A DNA stretch of 64,000 nt from an uncultured Aquimarina sp. (GTDB lineage Bacteria > Bacteroidota > Bacteroidia > Flavobacteriales > Flavobacteriaceae), in assembly GCA_938011245.1 (NCBI GenBank), contig CALLUJ010000002.1:28888-92887 (forward strand). Direction: 5' to 3'. Below are positions 49,435 through 60,332 of this stretch, piece after piece (positions within the stretch are counted from its first letter, which is position 1; each line of letters opens with the position of its first letter). The notes beneath the pieces are model-generated. The model was not told the origin of the DNA, did not search any database, and saw only the letters and a program-made list of their open reading frames with translations. The translations under genes and the position numbers were made by a program.

Positions 49435-50706
49435 TTATTCTTTTAATAGTTCAAAGCCAACAGCACATTTAAGGCAATTATTTAAATTACAATATTCTTT
49501 TTTTAAATGAATAAGAGCTTGAGAATGTAGAGCAGAGTTTAGATGTTTTTTTTCTTTTTTAAAATTAGTTACTATGGTATTTTTTTCTAGGGCTAATGAA
49601 GATATAAGTTGTAATATATCTTCTTCTTTAAAAGAATTAATACTTTTAGCATAACTAAGTTGTAAAGGTAGTAAAGCGTTAATAATTAAAATATCTATAA
49701 AAGATGAGGTAGTTTTTTTGATACTCTTTTTAGATTCTTTTCCAAAATTGTAGTGTGTATTCCAATACATACTAGCAGTAGTATTAAAATAAGAATAAAA
49801 CTTTTGAATACTCCTTTCGGAATGAATGTTAGAAAACAATTGATGCTTATTAGCGTATAAATTAGCTAATTGTGCTAAACGAATAGTAGGAAAATTTGAT
49901 GGACGTAATCGAAAAAACTCTAATTGTAAACCTAAAATTGATTGAAGTTTATATTTGTGCTTTAGGTATTGGTATTCCTGTTGTAATGTAGTATAATAAT
50001 TATCTTCTATATGCTTGTTTAATAGATTGGCTTGTCCAAAAAATAAAGCTTCTAATTGTTGTACCGAATTACTTTTTTGAATAATAGGAAAAGGGATACT
50101 TTTTACAATTTGCAAAAAAGATTCACCGTTAGTGTTTCCTCCAAAATATTGAGCAATAAGGTAAAAACAAGTAGCTTCCCAATTATTATTGGATTCAAGA
50201 TATAGATTAGTTGTTTGGTGAGATTTTTTGTCAAGTCGTTCTAAATATAGTCGCTCTAGCCAATTGTTCCAAGTAAAGTTGGAAACCTTAGAAAGCTGTC
50301 CTTCGCAATTAATCCATTTTAATCTTTTTTGAAATAAATTATTGTAATGTTGGAGTGTTTTAGGGGACACAATATTTTGTAGTTCAATGGTAGGAATAGG
50401 ACTGTTGTCTTTTCTATAAATTTCTATATCGTGTTTCCAAACCACATGTAAAATTACATTATCGTATTTAGAATCGTTTTGGTGTTGATGTGTATACCAA
50501 TCGCTAGATTTTAAATGAATTTCTATAGTACCAGCCCACCGTTGGTTATCAATTATTAATTGTGCGTTAAAAAAATCGGGACCAGATTGTGAGGTATTAT
50601 GCTCTCCCACTTTTACTATTTGTAGTGAGTTACAATCTGTAGTTAGAAGTTTAGAAGTTGTTATTTTTTGAAACTTCCATAGGTAATGTAAAAAATCTTC
50701 TTTCAT
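49435..50706 (-). CDS. DUF2851-family protein
   Basis: MKEDFLHYLW, GPDFFNA, EIHLKSSDWYTHQH, FFRLRPSNFPTIRLAQL, terminal CLKCAVG. Confidence 0.88.
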   Translation of the reverse strand: MKEDFLHYLWKFQKITTSKLLTTDCNSLQIVKVGEHNTSQSGPDFFNAQLIIDNQRWAGTIEIHLKSSDWYTHQHQNDSKYDNVILHVVWKHDIEIYRKDNSPIPTIELQNIVSPKTLQHYNNLFQKRLKWINCEGQLSKVSNFTWNNWLERLYLERLDKKSHQTTNLYLESNNNWEATCFYLIAQYFGGNTNGESFLQIVKSIPFPIIQKSNSVQQLEALFFGQANLLNKHIEDNYYTTLQQEYQYLKHKYKLQSILGLQLEFFRLRPSNFPTIRLAQLANLYANKHQLFSNIHSERSIQKFYSYFNTTASMYWNTHYNFGKESKKSIKKTTSSFIDILIINALLPLQLSYAKSINSFKEEDILQLISSLALEKNTIVTNFKKEKKHLNSALHSQALIHLKKEYCNLNNCLKCAVGFELLKE

Positions 50707-50774
50707 GTATATTACATCTGCAAAAAAAATGTAATATATTGATTTTTAATATTTTAATACTGTTTAATTAAAGT

Positions 50775-51350
50775 TTATTTATTAATCCAGTTAGTTATTG
50801 TGGAACTTAAAGGAGAAGTAGTGGGTAATATAGATTTTACTACATAACCGTTTTCATCAATTAAAAATTTTTGAAAATTCCATTTTACGGAAGAATCTAA
50901 TTTAGCGTTAAACTTTTTTTGTGTTAGAAATTGATAAATTGGAGCTTGGTCTTTTCCTTTTACACTAATTTTAGACATCATAGGAAAGCTTACTCCATAA
51001 TTTTTTTGACAAAAAACGGCTATTTCACTTTCCGAACCAGGTTCTTGTGACATAAAATTATTAGCAGGAAATCCAATAATGGTAAAATTCTGATGTTGAT
51101 ATAATTCGTACAATTTTTGCAGATCTTTGTATTGTGGTGTAAGTCCACATTTAGATGCGGTATTAACTATTAAAACTTTTTTCCCTTTTAGTGAAGAAAA
51201 ATGAAAATCGTTACCATATAAATCTTTAACGGTAAATTGGTGTATCGATTGTTCTTTTCCATTTAAAAGCAATGGATTGTTTTTTTGAGAAGTTCCTATG
51301 GAACATCCTAGTAAAGAAGTTAAAAAAGCAAAAACCATAAGTTTAATCAT
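50775..51350 (-). CDS. Glutathione peroxidase (Cys-type) with possible lipoprotein signal
   Basis: NTASKCGLTPQY, GFPANNF..QEPG, WNFQKFLID; start at ATG 51350 gives MIKLMVFAFLTSLLGC. Confidence 0.92.
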   Translation of the reverse strand: MIKLMVFAFLTSLLGCSIGTSQKNNPLLLNGKEQSIHQFTVKDLYGNDFHFSSLKGKKVLIVNTASKCGLTPQYKDLQKLYELYQHQNFTIIGFPANNFMSQEPGSESEIAVFCQKNYGVSFPMMSKISVKGKDQAPIYQFLTQKKFNAKLDSSVKWNFQKFLIDENGYVVKSILPTTSPLSSTITNWINK

Positions 51351-51445
51351 ATTTAAACAAAAGTAATTATTGACGTTACTTACGAATCTTAATTTTATTA
51401 TAATTATTAAAACTTGTTTAAAAAAATCATAAAAAAACAAACACG

Positions 51446-52819
51446 CTATAAAGAAACTTTAGACACTAAAGTTTCAAAGTCTACAGATTCTTGATCTCCA
51501 GTGTGCATGTTTTTTAAAGTGTAAGTGTTATTTTTGGCTTCGTTGGTTCCTGCTAAAATTACAAACGGAAATGAGCGTTTATTGGCATAGTTCATTTGTT
51601 TTTTCATTTTAGCACTATCAGGATAAAGTTCTGCAGAAATACCAATATTTCTAAGTCTTTTAATAGTTTGGTAACAATATAAAGCCTCTTCATTTCCAAA
51701 GTTTATAAAAAATACTTTAGTAGTTTCTAAAACTTCTGTAGGAAATAGGTTTAATTCTTCTAATACAAGATAAATTCGATCTAAGCCAAAAGAGATTCCC
51801 ACACCACTTATATTTTTTAAACCAAAAATACCTGTTAAATCATCATAACGCCCCCCCCCACCAATAGAGCCTAATTTTATTTCTTTAGGAGCACTTACTT
51901 CAAATATAGCTCCTGTGTAATAGTTTAGCCCACGTGCTAGTGTTACATCTAAATCCAATGTGGCTGTTTGTAATCCTAATTGTTCTATGTTGTGAAGAAT
52001 AAAAGATAATTCTTCCACACCCTTTAAACCTTCTTGCGAAGAAGAAAGAAGGTTTTTTAATTGCTGTAATTTTTCGGTAAAAGAACCTGAAAAAGAAAAA
52101 AGCGGTTGAATTTTTTCGATAGCTTTTTCAGAGATTCCTTTAGTAATCATTTCTTGTTTAACACCGTCTTCTCCAATTTTGTCTAGCTTGTCTAAAGCTA
52201 CAGTAAAATCAATTAACTTATCTTTGGCGCCAATAACTTCGGCAATACCCGAAAGTATTTTACGATTATTCATTTTTATAGTTACGCCATTTACTCCTAG
52301 TTCGGTAAATACGACATCATATAATTGAATAAATTCTATTTCTTGCCATAAAGAATTACTTCCTACCACATCGGCATCGCATTGAAAAAATTCTCTGTAG
52401 CGCCCTTTTTGAGGTCTGTCGGCACGCCAAACAGGCTGTATTTGGAAACGCTTAAAAGGAAATTCAATATCGTTTTGATGTTGTACCACATAGCGTGCAA
52501 AAGGAACTGTAAGGTCATAACGTAACGCTTTTTCACTAATTTGAGTAGTTAATTTTTGGCTGTCTTTTTCTGTAAGGAAAGCTTCGGTTGTCTTTTTTAA
52601 ATAATCGCCACTATTTAAAATTTTAAAGATTAGACGGTCTCCTTCTTCCCCGTATTTACCCATAAGTGTACTACTATTTTCAAAACTAGGAGTTTCAATA
52701 GGGTTAAATCCAAAGTTTTTAAAGTGCTTACGTATAGTATTTACTATATAAGTACGCTTAGCTACTTCGGTAGACGAAAAATCGCGAGTTCCTTTGGGTA
52801 AAGATGGTTTTTGAGCCAT
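51446..52819 (-). CDS. hisS: Histidine--tRNA ligase
   Basis: [44 protein letters not shown]. Confidence 0.98.
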   Translation of the reverse strand: MAQKPSLPKGTRDFSSTEVAKRTYIVNTIRKHFKNFGFNPIETPSFENSSTLMGKYGEEGDRLIFKILNSGDYLKKTTEAFLTEKDSQKLTTQISEKALRYDLTVPFARYVVQHQNDIEFPFKRFQIQPVWRADRPQKGRYREFFQCDADVVGSNSLWQEIEFIQLYDVVFTELGVNGVTIKMNNRKILSGIAEVIGAKDKLIDFTVALDKLDKIGEDGVKQEMITKGISEKAIEKIQPLFSFSGSFTEKLQQLKNLLSSSQEGLKGVEELSFILHNIEQLGLQTATLDLDVTLARGLNYYTGAIFEVSAPKEIKLGSIGGGGRYDDLTGIFGLKNISGVGISFGLDRIYLVLEELNLFPTEVLETTKVFFINFGNEEALYCYQTIKRLRNIGISAELYPDSAKMKKQMNYANKRSFPFVILAGTNEAKNNTYTLKNMHTGDQESVDFETLVSKVSL

Positions 52820-52856
52820 TTAGAATCTAAAATTTTAAATTAAAAGTTTAAAGCTG

Positions 52857-52864
52857 CAAATATA
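52857..52864 (-). promoter_or_regulatory. Bacteroidota -7 element for hisS
   Basis: TATATTTG on the minus strand, 37 nt upstream of the ATG. Confidence 0.7.
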
Positions 52865-52995
52865 GGATTTCCTAGGTATTAGTAGAATAAAGAAAATAGA
52901 TGATTAATAAAGGTGGGAATTAAATTTTTGCTGTATTCTAAGAGGTATATGCTATTATTCAAGTGAAATTTTAAATAGGTGTTTTATTAAAAAAA

Positions 52996-53736
52996 TTAAA
53001 ACTCCAACTTTTTTTTGCGTAATTCAAAATTTTGACCTAAATATACCTTTCGTACCATTTCGTCGGAAGCTAATTCTTCTGGTATTCCAGATTTTAAAAT
53101 ACTACCTTCAAACATTAGATAAGTTTTATCGGTAATTGCTAAGGTTTCTTGCACATTATGATCGGTAATTAAAATGCCTATATTTTTGTTTTTAAGTCGA
53201 GCAATAATTCCTTGAATATCCTCTACAGCTACAGGGTCTACTCCAGCAAAAGGTTCGTCTAGCAAAATAAAATTAGGGCTTGTAGCAAGAGCACGTGCAA
53301 TTTCGGTTCTTCTACGTTCTCCACCACTAAGCAAATCCCCTCGGTTTTTACGAATATGTTCTAAGCTAAACTCTTCAATAAGTTCTTCCATTTTTAGATG
53401 TTGTTCTTTTTTAGAAAGTTTGGTAAGTTGTAAAACACTTAAAATATTATCTTCGATACTCAGTTTTCTAAAAACAGAGGCTTCTTGGGCTAAATATCCA
53501 ATACCATTTTGAGCCCTTTTGTACATTGGATAATTTGTAATATTGGTATTATCTAAATAGATGTTTCCGCCATTAGGTTTAACAAAACCTACAATCATAT
53601 AAAAAGAAGTAGTTTTACCAGCTCCATTAGGTCCCAACAATCCTACAATTTCTCCTTGATTTACTTCTAAAGAAATACCTTTAACTACTTTCCTTCCCTT
53701 ATAAGATTTCATCAAATTATCGGCACGTAATTTCAT
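52996..53736 (-). CDS. lptB: LPS export ABC ATPase
   Basis: [43 protein letters not shown]. Confidence 0.97.
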   Translation of the reverse strand: MKLRADNLMKSYKGRKVVKGISLEVNQGEIVGLLGPNGAGKTTSFYMIVGFVKPNGGNIYLDNTNITNYPMYKRAQNGIGYLAQEASVFRKLSIEDNILSVLQLTKLSKKEQHLKMEELIEEFSLEHIRKNRGDLLSGGERRRTEIARALATSPNFILLDEPFAGVDPVAVEDIQGIIARLKNKNIGILITDHNVQETLAITDKTYLMFEGSILKSGIPEELASDEMVRKVYLGQNFELRKKKLEF

Positions 53737-53767
53737 ATTTTGCTGTATTTTCTACCTAATGGTAAAG

Positions 53768-54589
53768 TTACTTTAATTTTTGCTCTTTTTTTAATACTGC
53801 TCTGGATATGAAAATACTAATTTCATATAATATTAAAACAGGTATGGTTACTATAATTTGACTAGCCACATCGGGAGGGGTAATTACAGCAGCAATAATA
53901 AGAACTCCTACAAGGGCAAACTTTCTATATTTTTTAAGAATTTCTGGAGTAACAACACCTACTTTAGTAAGGAAGAAAATAATTATAGGAAGCTCAAAGA
54001 TAAACCCACTAGCTAATACAGACGATCTAATTAATGAAATATAACTAGATAGGTCAAATTCGTTTAATACTTCTGCGCTTACATTGTAGCTACCTAAAAA
54101 GTTAATAGATAGCGGTGCTATTATATAATAACCGAATAAAACACCTAAGAAAAATAGAAAAGAAGAAATAAAAATAAATCCTTTAGCTGTTTTTTGCTCG
54201 TTTTCGTGCATTGCAGGCTTTATAAATTTCCAAAACTCGTAAATAACATAAGGGAAAGCAATTATAAATCCGGCAGTTATAGCAGTCCATATATGGGCAG
54301 AAAATTGACCCGCCATAGTTCTACTTTGAATAATAAAGGGAAGTTTATCTAAGCAAAAGCCATCTTCTATTCCAAAAAATTTAGAAAGATTACAGAGTAT
54401 CCTATAAGTAAAGAAATTCACTTTTTTAGGTCCAAAAAGAATAACGTCAAAAATAAAGCCTTTAGCAATAAAGGCTATAAAACCGCAAATAATAATAGAT
54501 AAAGTAGCTCTAATTAAATGCCATCGTAATTCTTCCAAATGGCTTAAAAAAGACATGTTTGGAGTATTATTTTGTTGGGAATTACTCAT
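53768..54589 (-). CDS. tatC: Twin-arginine translocase subunit TatC
   Basis: MSFLSHLEELR, FIKPA, FELP, ITPPD. Confidence 0.96.
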   Translation of the reverse strand: MSNSQQNNTPNMSFLSHLEELRWHLIRATLSIIICGFIAFIAKGFIFDVILFGPKKVNFFTYRILCNLSKFFGIEDGFCLDKLPFIIQSRTMAGQFSAHIWTAITAGFIIAFPYVIYEFWKFIKPAMHENEQKTAKGFIFISSFLFFLGVLFGYYIIAPLSINFLGSYNVSAEVLNEFDLSSYISLIRSSVLASGFIFELPIIIFFLTKVGVVTPEILKKYRKFALVGVLIIAAVITPPDVASQIIVTIPVLILYEISIFISRAVLKKEQKLK

Positions 54590-54789
54590 AATGAACTTTG
54601 ATAATTTTTTAGTTTAGGTGCTGAAATTTGCGTAAAAATAAAACATAATGTAATTTTACTTACCAAATGGTGTATAAATTTATTTTTTACCGTTCTAACA
54701 GATTCATTATCTCAGGCTCATATTTATAAGATAACTTTTGTTATCTTGTAGATACAAATATACGTAAATACTAATTTATTCTTACATAA

Positions 54790-56979
54790 GTGGATGACAA
54801 CGAATTAGAACAAGCGCTCAAGAAATATTTTGGTTTTAGCCAATTTAGAGGTTTACAAGAACAAGTAATTAAAGGTGTTTTAAATAAACAGGATACCTTT
54901 GTAATTATGCCAACAGGTGGCGGAAAATCTTTGTGCTATCAGCTCCCAGCATTAATGCTAGAAGGAACCGCAATTATTGTATCTCCTTTAATTGCATTAA
55001 TGAAAAATCAAGTAGATGCTATACGTAGTATTTCTTCCGATAATGGTATAGCACATGTTTTAAACTCTTCTCTGAATAAAACAGAGATTGCTCAAGTAAA
55101 ATTGGATATCACATCGGGAATTACTAAGTTACTGTACGTTGCACCAGAATCTTTAGTTAAAGAAGAGTATGCATCGTTTTTAGCAACACAAACTATTTCG
55201 TTTTTGGCAGTAGACGAAGCTCATTGTATTAGTGAGTGGGGACATGACTTTAGACCAGAATACAGGAATTTAAAGCGTATTATTGGTACTATAGGAGACA
55301 ATATCCCAATTATTGGTTTAACAGCTACGGCAACACCTAAAGTACAAGAAGATATCTTGAAAAATTTAGGGATATCGGGAGCAAATACTTATAAAGCTTC
55401 TTTTAATAGACCTAATTTGTTTTATGAAGTACGCCCTAAAACCGCTAATGTAGAAATGGATATTATTCGTTTTATAAAACAAAACGAAGGTAAAAGTGGT
55501 ATTGTGTACTGTTTAAGTAGAAAGCGTGTCGAAGAATTGGCACAGGCGTTGCAAGTTAATGGAATTAAAGCAGTGCCCTACCATGCTGGTTTAGATGCTA
55601 AAAAAAGAGCTAGCCATCAAGATATGTTCTTAATGGAAGATATAGATGTTGTTGTGGCTACTATTGCGTTTGGTATGGGAATAGATAAACCAGATGTACG
55701 TTTTGTAATCCATCACGATATTCCAAAGAGTATAGAAAGTTATTATCAAGAAACAGGACGGGCAGGTCGAGATGGTGGAGAAGGACATTGTTTAGCGTAC
55801 TATTCATACAAAGACATAGAAAAATTAGAAAAGTTTTTAAGTGGAAAACCAGTAGCAGAACAAGAAATAGGAATGGCTTTGTTACATGAAATTGTTGCCT
55901 TTGCCGAAACCTCTATTTCTCGACGTAAATTTATACTTCATTACTTTGGAGAACATTTTGATGAATCCACAGGAGAAGGAGGCGACATGGACGATAATGT
56001 TCGTAACCCTAAAAGTAGAGTAGAAGCAAAAGAAGAAGTAACTAAAATTTTATTAGTAGTAAATAAATCTGGAGGAATATATAAGTCTAAAGAAATAGTA
56101 AATGTACTTATAGGTAAAGAAAATGCATTAATAGTATCTCATAAAACACACACGCAGCCCTTTTTTGGAATAGGAAAAAAGCATGAAGCTAAATATTGGG
56201 TGGCGTTAATTAGACAAGTAATTGTATCTGGTTTTATTAAAAAAGATATTGAAACTTATGGTATTCTTAAAATAACAGATTCGGGTAAACAATTTTTGGA
56301 TAAACCAAAAGGTTACTTAATGACAGAAGATCATAGTTTTGACGATACCGAAATATTATCAAATATAAAGTTAGGATCCTCGGTTAGTACCGATGAAAAA
56401 TTATTAAAATTATTAAAAGACCTTCGTAAAAGAGTAGGAAAAAAGCTTTCTGTGCCACCATTTGTAGTCTTTCAAGACCCATCTTTAGAAGATATGGCAT
56501 TTAAATACCCAATTACTATAGAGGAATTATATAATGTACATGGCGTTGGAGAAGGAAAAGCAAAGAAATACGGAAAAGAATTTATTAGTTTAATAAAAAA
56601 GTATGTAGACGACAATGATATTGTTAGGCCAGATGATTTTGTCGTAAAATCAACAGGAGCTAATAGTGCAATTAAACTATATATTATACAAAGTATAGAT
56701 AGAAAACTACCACTTACCGATATTGCAGATGCTAAAGGAAAAACCATGGACGAGTTTATCTCTGAGATGGAAGCTATTGTATATAGTGGGACCAAATTAA
56801 ATATCGGTTATTGGATAGATGATCATTTAGATGAAGAACAACAAGAAGAAATTCATGATTACTTTTTAGAGTCAGAAACGGATAATATAGAAGAAGCTAT
56901 GGAAGAATTTGATGGAGATTACGAAGAAGAAGATCTTCGTCTATATCGTATTAAATTTATATCTGAAGTAGCAAACTAA
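54790..56979 (+). CDS. recQ: DNA helicase RecQ
   Basis: [29 protein letters not shown]; RQC and HRDC domains; GTG start. Confidence 0.97.
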   Translation: MDDNELEQALKKYFGFSQFRGLQEQVIKGVLNKQDTFVIMPTGGGKSLCYQLPALMLEGTAIIVSPLIALMKNQVDAIRSISSDNGIAHVLNSSLNKTEIAQVKLDITSGITKLLYVAPESLVKEEYASFLATQTISFLAVDEAHCISEWGHDFRPEYRNLKRIIGTIGDNIPIIGLTATATPKVQEDILKNLGISGANTYKASFNRPNLFYEVRPKTANVEMDIIRFIKQNEGKSGIVYCLSRKRVEELAQALQVNGIKAVPYHAGLDAKKRASHQDMFLMEDIDVVVATIAFGMGIDKPDVRFVIHHDIPKSIESYYQETGRAGRDGGEGHCLAYYSYKDIEKLEKFLSGKPVAEQEIGMALLHEIVAFAETSISRRKFILHYFGEHFDESTGEGGDMDDNVRNPKSRVEAKEEVTKILLVVNKSGGIYKSKEIVNVLIGKENALIVSHKTHTQPFFGIGKKHEAKYWVALIRQVIVSGFIKKDIETYGILKITDSGKQFLDKPKGYLMTEDHSFDDTEILSNIKLGSSVSTDEKLLKLLKDLRKRVGKKLSVPPFVVFQDPSLEDMAFKYPITIEELYNVHGVGEGKAKKYGKEFISLIKKYVDDNDIVRPDDFVVKSTGANSAIKLYIIQSIDRKLPLTDIADAKGKTMDEFISEMEAIVYSGTKLNIGYWIDDHLDEEQQEEIHDYFLESETDNIEEAMEEFDGDYEEEDLRLYRIKFISEVAN

Positions 56980-57238
56980 ATAAATGAAAAGAACTACTTT
57001 TTCTGCAGTTTTGTTTTAATTCTTTGTGTAAGATACGTACTGCTGTTGCCTAATTTAGTATTCAGAATAAGGCATAATAGTTATTCGTGTTATAGTTTAT
57101 TATGGACTTATTCTTATAATTTGTTTTACTATAACATTTGAAATTTTATTTACTCCTATTTTTATTGAAAACCTCTATTTTTATTATACCTGACAAGCTA
57201 TTTTTTTGTTACTTGCGGCTCCTAAAATTAAAGCTTAT

Positions 57239-58927
57239 ATGGATAAATTTTTATGTGTTTTATGTTTTGTAATTATCAATAATTTATACGTTTTTGGACA
57301 ATTAGAATTGTGTTCTGGAGATAAAGGATCCCCTGTTTTTTTAGAAACTTTTGGTTCGGGAAACGATTTGATAAATAAATCAGCAATTGGAGAAACTTTA
57401 TATAAATTCTCAGGTAAAAAAGCTCCAAAAGAAGGTAATTATACTATTTCTAATAAATTTAATTGGTTTCCACATTGGTTTTCTACTAAAGACCACACTA
57501 AAAGAGACAGTAAAGGAAATGCGCTTATAGTAAATGTAGACGAAGAGAAAGTAGGGGCTTTTTTTATTAGAAAAATTTCAGGTTTATGTCCAGAAGTTAG
57601 CTATGAATTTTCGGCATGGATACTTAATTTAAGCACTAGTAAAAATTCTGTTTGTACAGAATTGACTTCAGCATTAGGAGGACTACCTGTTAATATTCGT
57701 TTTGAAATATGGGACGAAACAGAGACCAAAATGCTTAAAACAGCTAGTACAGGACAGATATTTAGCGAATCAAGTCCAAAATGGAAAAAATATGGAATAC
57801 TGTTTACTACTATTCCAGGTCAAGATAATATAGTGCTTAAGATAAGTAATTACGCTAAAGGAGGTTGTGGTAATGATGTTGCTATAGACGATATTCAATT
57901 TGTTTCTTGCGGAGAAAAAACAGATATACTTTTAGAGAACGAAATATCAACTTCATTAAAAGTATGTGAAAATAATTTAAATAAAGTTGTTTTGAAGACG
58001 ACGGCAGCAAATGATATATTCAAGAGGAAATATTACCAATGGCAACAATCTGTAGATAGTCTGACTTTTCAAGATATGGATTTAGTGGATAATCAATTTA
58101 AGATTTCCGATAGTTTAAAACCAGGTAATTACTATTATCGGGTAAAGGTTGCAGGAAGTAGAGGAGGGCTTAATACACCATATTGTTTTTCGGTTTCAGA
58201 ACTATTTAAACTAGAAATTGTAGCCCCAGCAGCTAGCCCTATTCCAATTGATGTAAAAGATTATTGTTATGGGGAGAAAGTAGTATTTAGTGTGGATAGA
58301 CCCATAACTAAAGAATCCATAAAATGGTATAATCGTAAAACAGGAGGAGATGTTATAAGTGAATCTAATATATACGTAGCAGGAGAATTAGAACCAGGTG
58401 AATATACATATTATGCAGAGTCGAAACGTAACGATTTTGATTGTGTTAATTTAGAGAGAGTTCCTGTTAAAATAAAAGTTCATGATGCCTTACCAGAACT
58501 TAAAGAAGATCGAACAATAAGAAAATGTGGTCAAGATATTATAACCTTAGATAGTGGAGTAGACGGAGTAGAATATCTATGGAATACAGGAGAAACAACA
58601 AAAACTATAGAAGTGTTACAGGAAGGAGATTATTACGTGCTTATAAATGCAAAGAATAATGATTATTGCAAAACAGGTAGAAATTTTAGAGTAAATAATA
58701 TTCCTGGGCCTGTGGTATCTAAAGTAGTTAACGAAAATGGAAACTTAAAAGTTTTGCTTAGCGAGTATATTGGTGAATACGAATATTCGATAAATGGAGG
58801 AGCTACTTTTAAAGACTCTCCTGTTTTTGAGGATATTAAAAACGGAAGATATAAGTTTTATGTAAAGCGAATAGACTCTTGTGATGTTACGGGTCCAGCA
58901 TTTAATTATACAAAATTAAGAAACTAA
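57239..58927 (+). CDS. Secreted Ig-like-domain protein resembling T9SS type B cargo, with no recognisable C-terminal sorting domain
   Basis: Signal peptide; CSGDKGSPVFLETFG N-domain; Ig-like repeats (YLWNTGETT, YSINGG). Ends FNYTKLRN* without the TPNGDG/IFDRYG/WDG motifs. Confidence 0.75.
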   Translation: MDKFLCVLCFVIINNLYVFGQLELCSGDKGSPVFLETFGSGNDLINKSAIGETLYKFSGKKAPKEGNYTISNKFNWFPHWFSTKDHTKRDSKGNALIVNVDEEKVGAFFIRKISGLCPEVSYEFSAWILNLSTSKNSVCTELTSALGGLPVNIRFEIWDETETKMLKTASTGQIFSESSPKWKKYGILFTTIPGQDNIVLKISNYAKGGCGNDVAIDDIQFVSCGEKTDILLENEISTSLKVCENNLNKVVLKTTAANDIFKRKYYQWQQSVDSLTFQDMDLVDNQFKISDSLKPGNYYYRVKVAGSRGGLNTPYCFSVSELFKLEIVAPAASPIPIDVKDYCYGEKVVFSVDRPITKESIKWYNRKTGGDVISESNIYVAGELEPGEYTYYAESKRNDFDCVNLERVPVKIKVHDALPELKEDRTIRKCGQDIITLDSGVDGVEYLWNTGETTKTIEVLQEGDYYVLINAKNNDYCKTGRNFRVNNIPGPVVSKVVNENGNLKVLLSEYIGEYEYSINGGATFKDSPVFEDIKNGRYKFYVKRIDSCDVTGPAFNYTKLRN

Positions 58928-59016
58928 TAAAAAGTTTATATTCGTTTTAGGAATTACTTTAATATTTAAGTGTACGCTTACATAAAAAATAGTGTACAGT
59001 TTATTATATGTTTAAG

Positions 59017-59053
59017 AATAAGCAAAAATAAGATTCTATTATTTTTGCTTATT
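59017..59053. terminator. Hairpin, possible terminator
   Basis: AATAAGCAAAAATAA-GATTCTA-TTATTTTTGCTTATT followed by TTTG. Confidence 0.55.
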
Positions 59054-59183
59054 TTTGTTTAAACTGTGCTTAAATAAAATTCATTAGACAAGTTAAAGTA
59101 TAGTTGTGTACTATATAAGCAATAAAGTATTACTGTAATTAGTGCTTTATTTTTTTGAAAAATAAAATTTATAGAGTTTTTAA

Positions 59184-60314
59184 ATGAAAATTAAAGAAAT
59201 TAAACCTTACGTATTAAAGGATCAACTAGATAAACCTTTTTATTTTTCTCAATGGCAATACGATACTAGAAAAATATGTTTAGTAAAAATAACTCTTGAA
59301 GATGGAACTTATGGATGGGGAGAAGGTTATGGTCCTGCAGATTTGATTAAAGCAGGGATTGATTTTTTTACTCCTTTTATAACAGGTAAAAATGCTTTAG
59401 AGCACGAAACGATTTGGCAAGAAATGTATTTAAGATCGTTGGATTATGGTCGTAGTGGTGTGTTTCAAGCAGCTGTAAGTGCTATAGATGTTGCTCTTTG
59501 GGATATTAAAGGTAAAATTTTTAATCAACCAGTAGGAACATTATTAGGCGGAATTAAAAATGAAATTATTCATCCATACGCAACAGGTTTGTATTTTGGC
59601 GAATTTGATAATTTAACACAAAAATTAGCAGACGAAGCTGCTGAATATAAAGAGCAAGGTTTTAAATTATTGAAAATGAAAGTTGGACATGATATTAAAA
59701 CCGATATTAAACATGTCTCTGCCGTAAGAAAAGCTATAGGCGATGATATGAAATTGATGGTAGATGCCAATCATGCCTACTCTTTTAAAGAAGCCTTACA
59801 GCTATCTAGAGCTATCGAAGAATTTGATATTTCATGGTTTGAAGAACCAATATCTCCAGAAGACTATGTAGGTTACAAGCGTTTAAGAGATAAAACAGAT
59901 ATTCCTATTGCAGGAGGAGAATGCGAATATTTAAAGTATGGTTTTAAACGTTTATTTGAAAACGAATCCATAGATATAGCACAACCCGATATATGCTCTA
60001 CAGGCGGATTAACAGAAGCAAAAAGAATAGCAACGCTAGCACAAACATATTCAAAAGACATTGTACCACACTCATGGGGTACATGGGTTGCCATTAGTGC
60101 AGCAATTCATTTTGTAGGGAATTTGGATAAAAACCCAGGAAGAATGTTTTCTGAAATTCCTACACTTGAATTTGATAGAACAGAAAATGCATTGCGAGAC
60201 GAGGTCGTAATTCATAACCTTCATTTTAAAGATGGAGTTTTAAAAGTACCTACCACGCCAGGGTTAGGAATAGAGATAAATAACGACGCACTAGAGAAAT
60301 ATTTAGTAAAATAA
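59184..60314 (+). CDS. Enolase-superfamily enzyme, probable 3,6-anhydro-galactonate cycloisomerase (DauB-like)
   Basis: GWGE, KMKVG, MVDANH, FEEP, GGECE, PHSW; operon context. Confidence 0.8.
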   Translation: MKIKEIKPYVLKDQLDKPFYFSQWQYDTRKICLVKITLEDGTYGWGEGYGPADLIKAGIDFFTPFITGKNALEHETIWQEMYLRSLDYGRSGVFQAAVSAIDVALWDIKGKIFNQPVGTLLGGIKNEIIHPYATGLYFGEFDNLTQKLADEAAEYKEQGFKLLKMKVGHDIKTDIKHVSAVRKAIGDDMKLMVDANHAYSFKEALQLSRAIEEFDISWFEEPISPEDYVGYKRLRDKTDIPIAGGECEYLKYGFKRLFENESIDIAQPDICSTGGLTEAKRIATLAQTYSKDIVPHSWGTWVAISAAIHFVGNLDKNPGRMFSEIPTLEFDRTENALRDEVVIHNLHFKDGVLKVPTTPGLGIEINNDALEKYLVK

Positions 60315-60332
60315 AAGATAAAAAACAACGAT

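Noticed and set aside
50775-51440. Selenocysteine or the long N-terminal extension in the glutathione peroxidase
   Set aside because: The active site is a normal Cys codon with no in-frame TGA. The 30 extra residues from 51440 look non-coding, and ATG 51350 gives a clean signal peptide.
56984-57019. MKRTTFSAVLF*, a signal-peptide-like start after recQ
   Set aside because: Stops after 11 codons, and other frames give no convincing continuation; a pseudogene cannot be supported.
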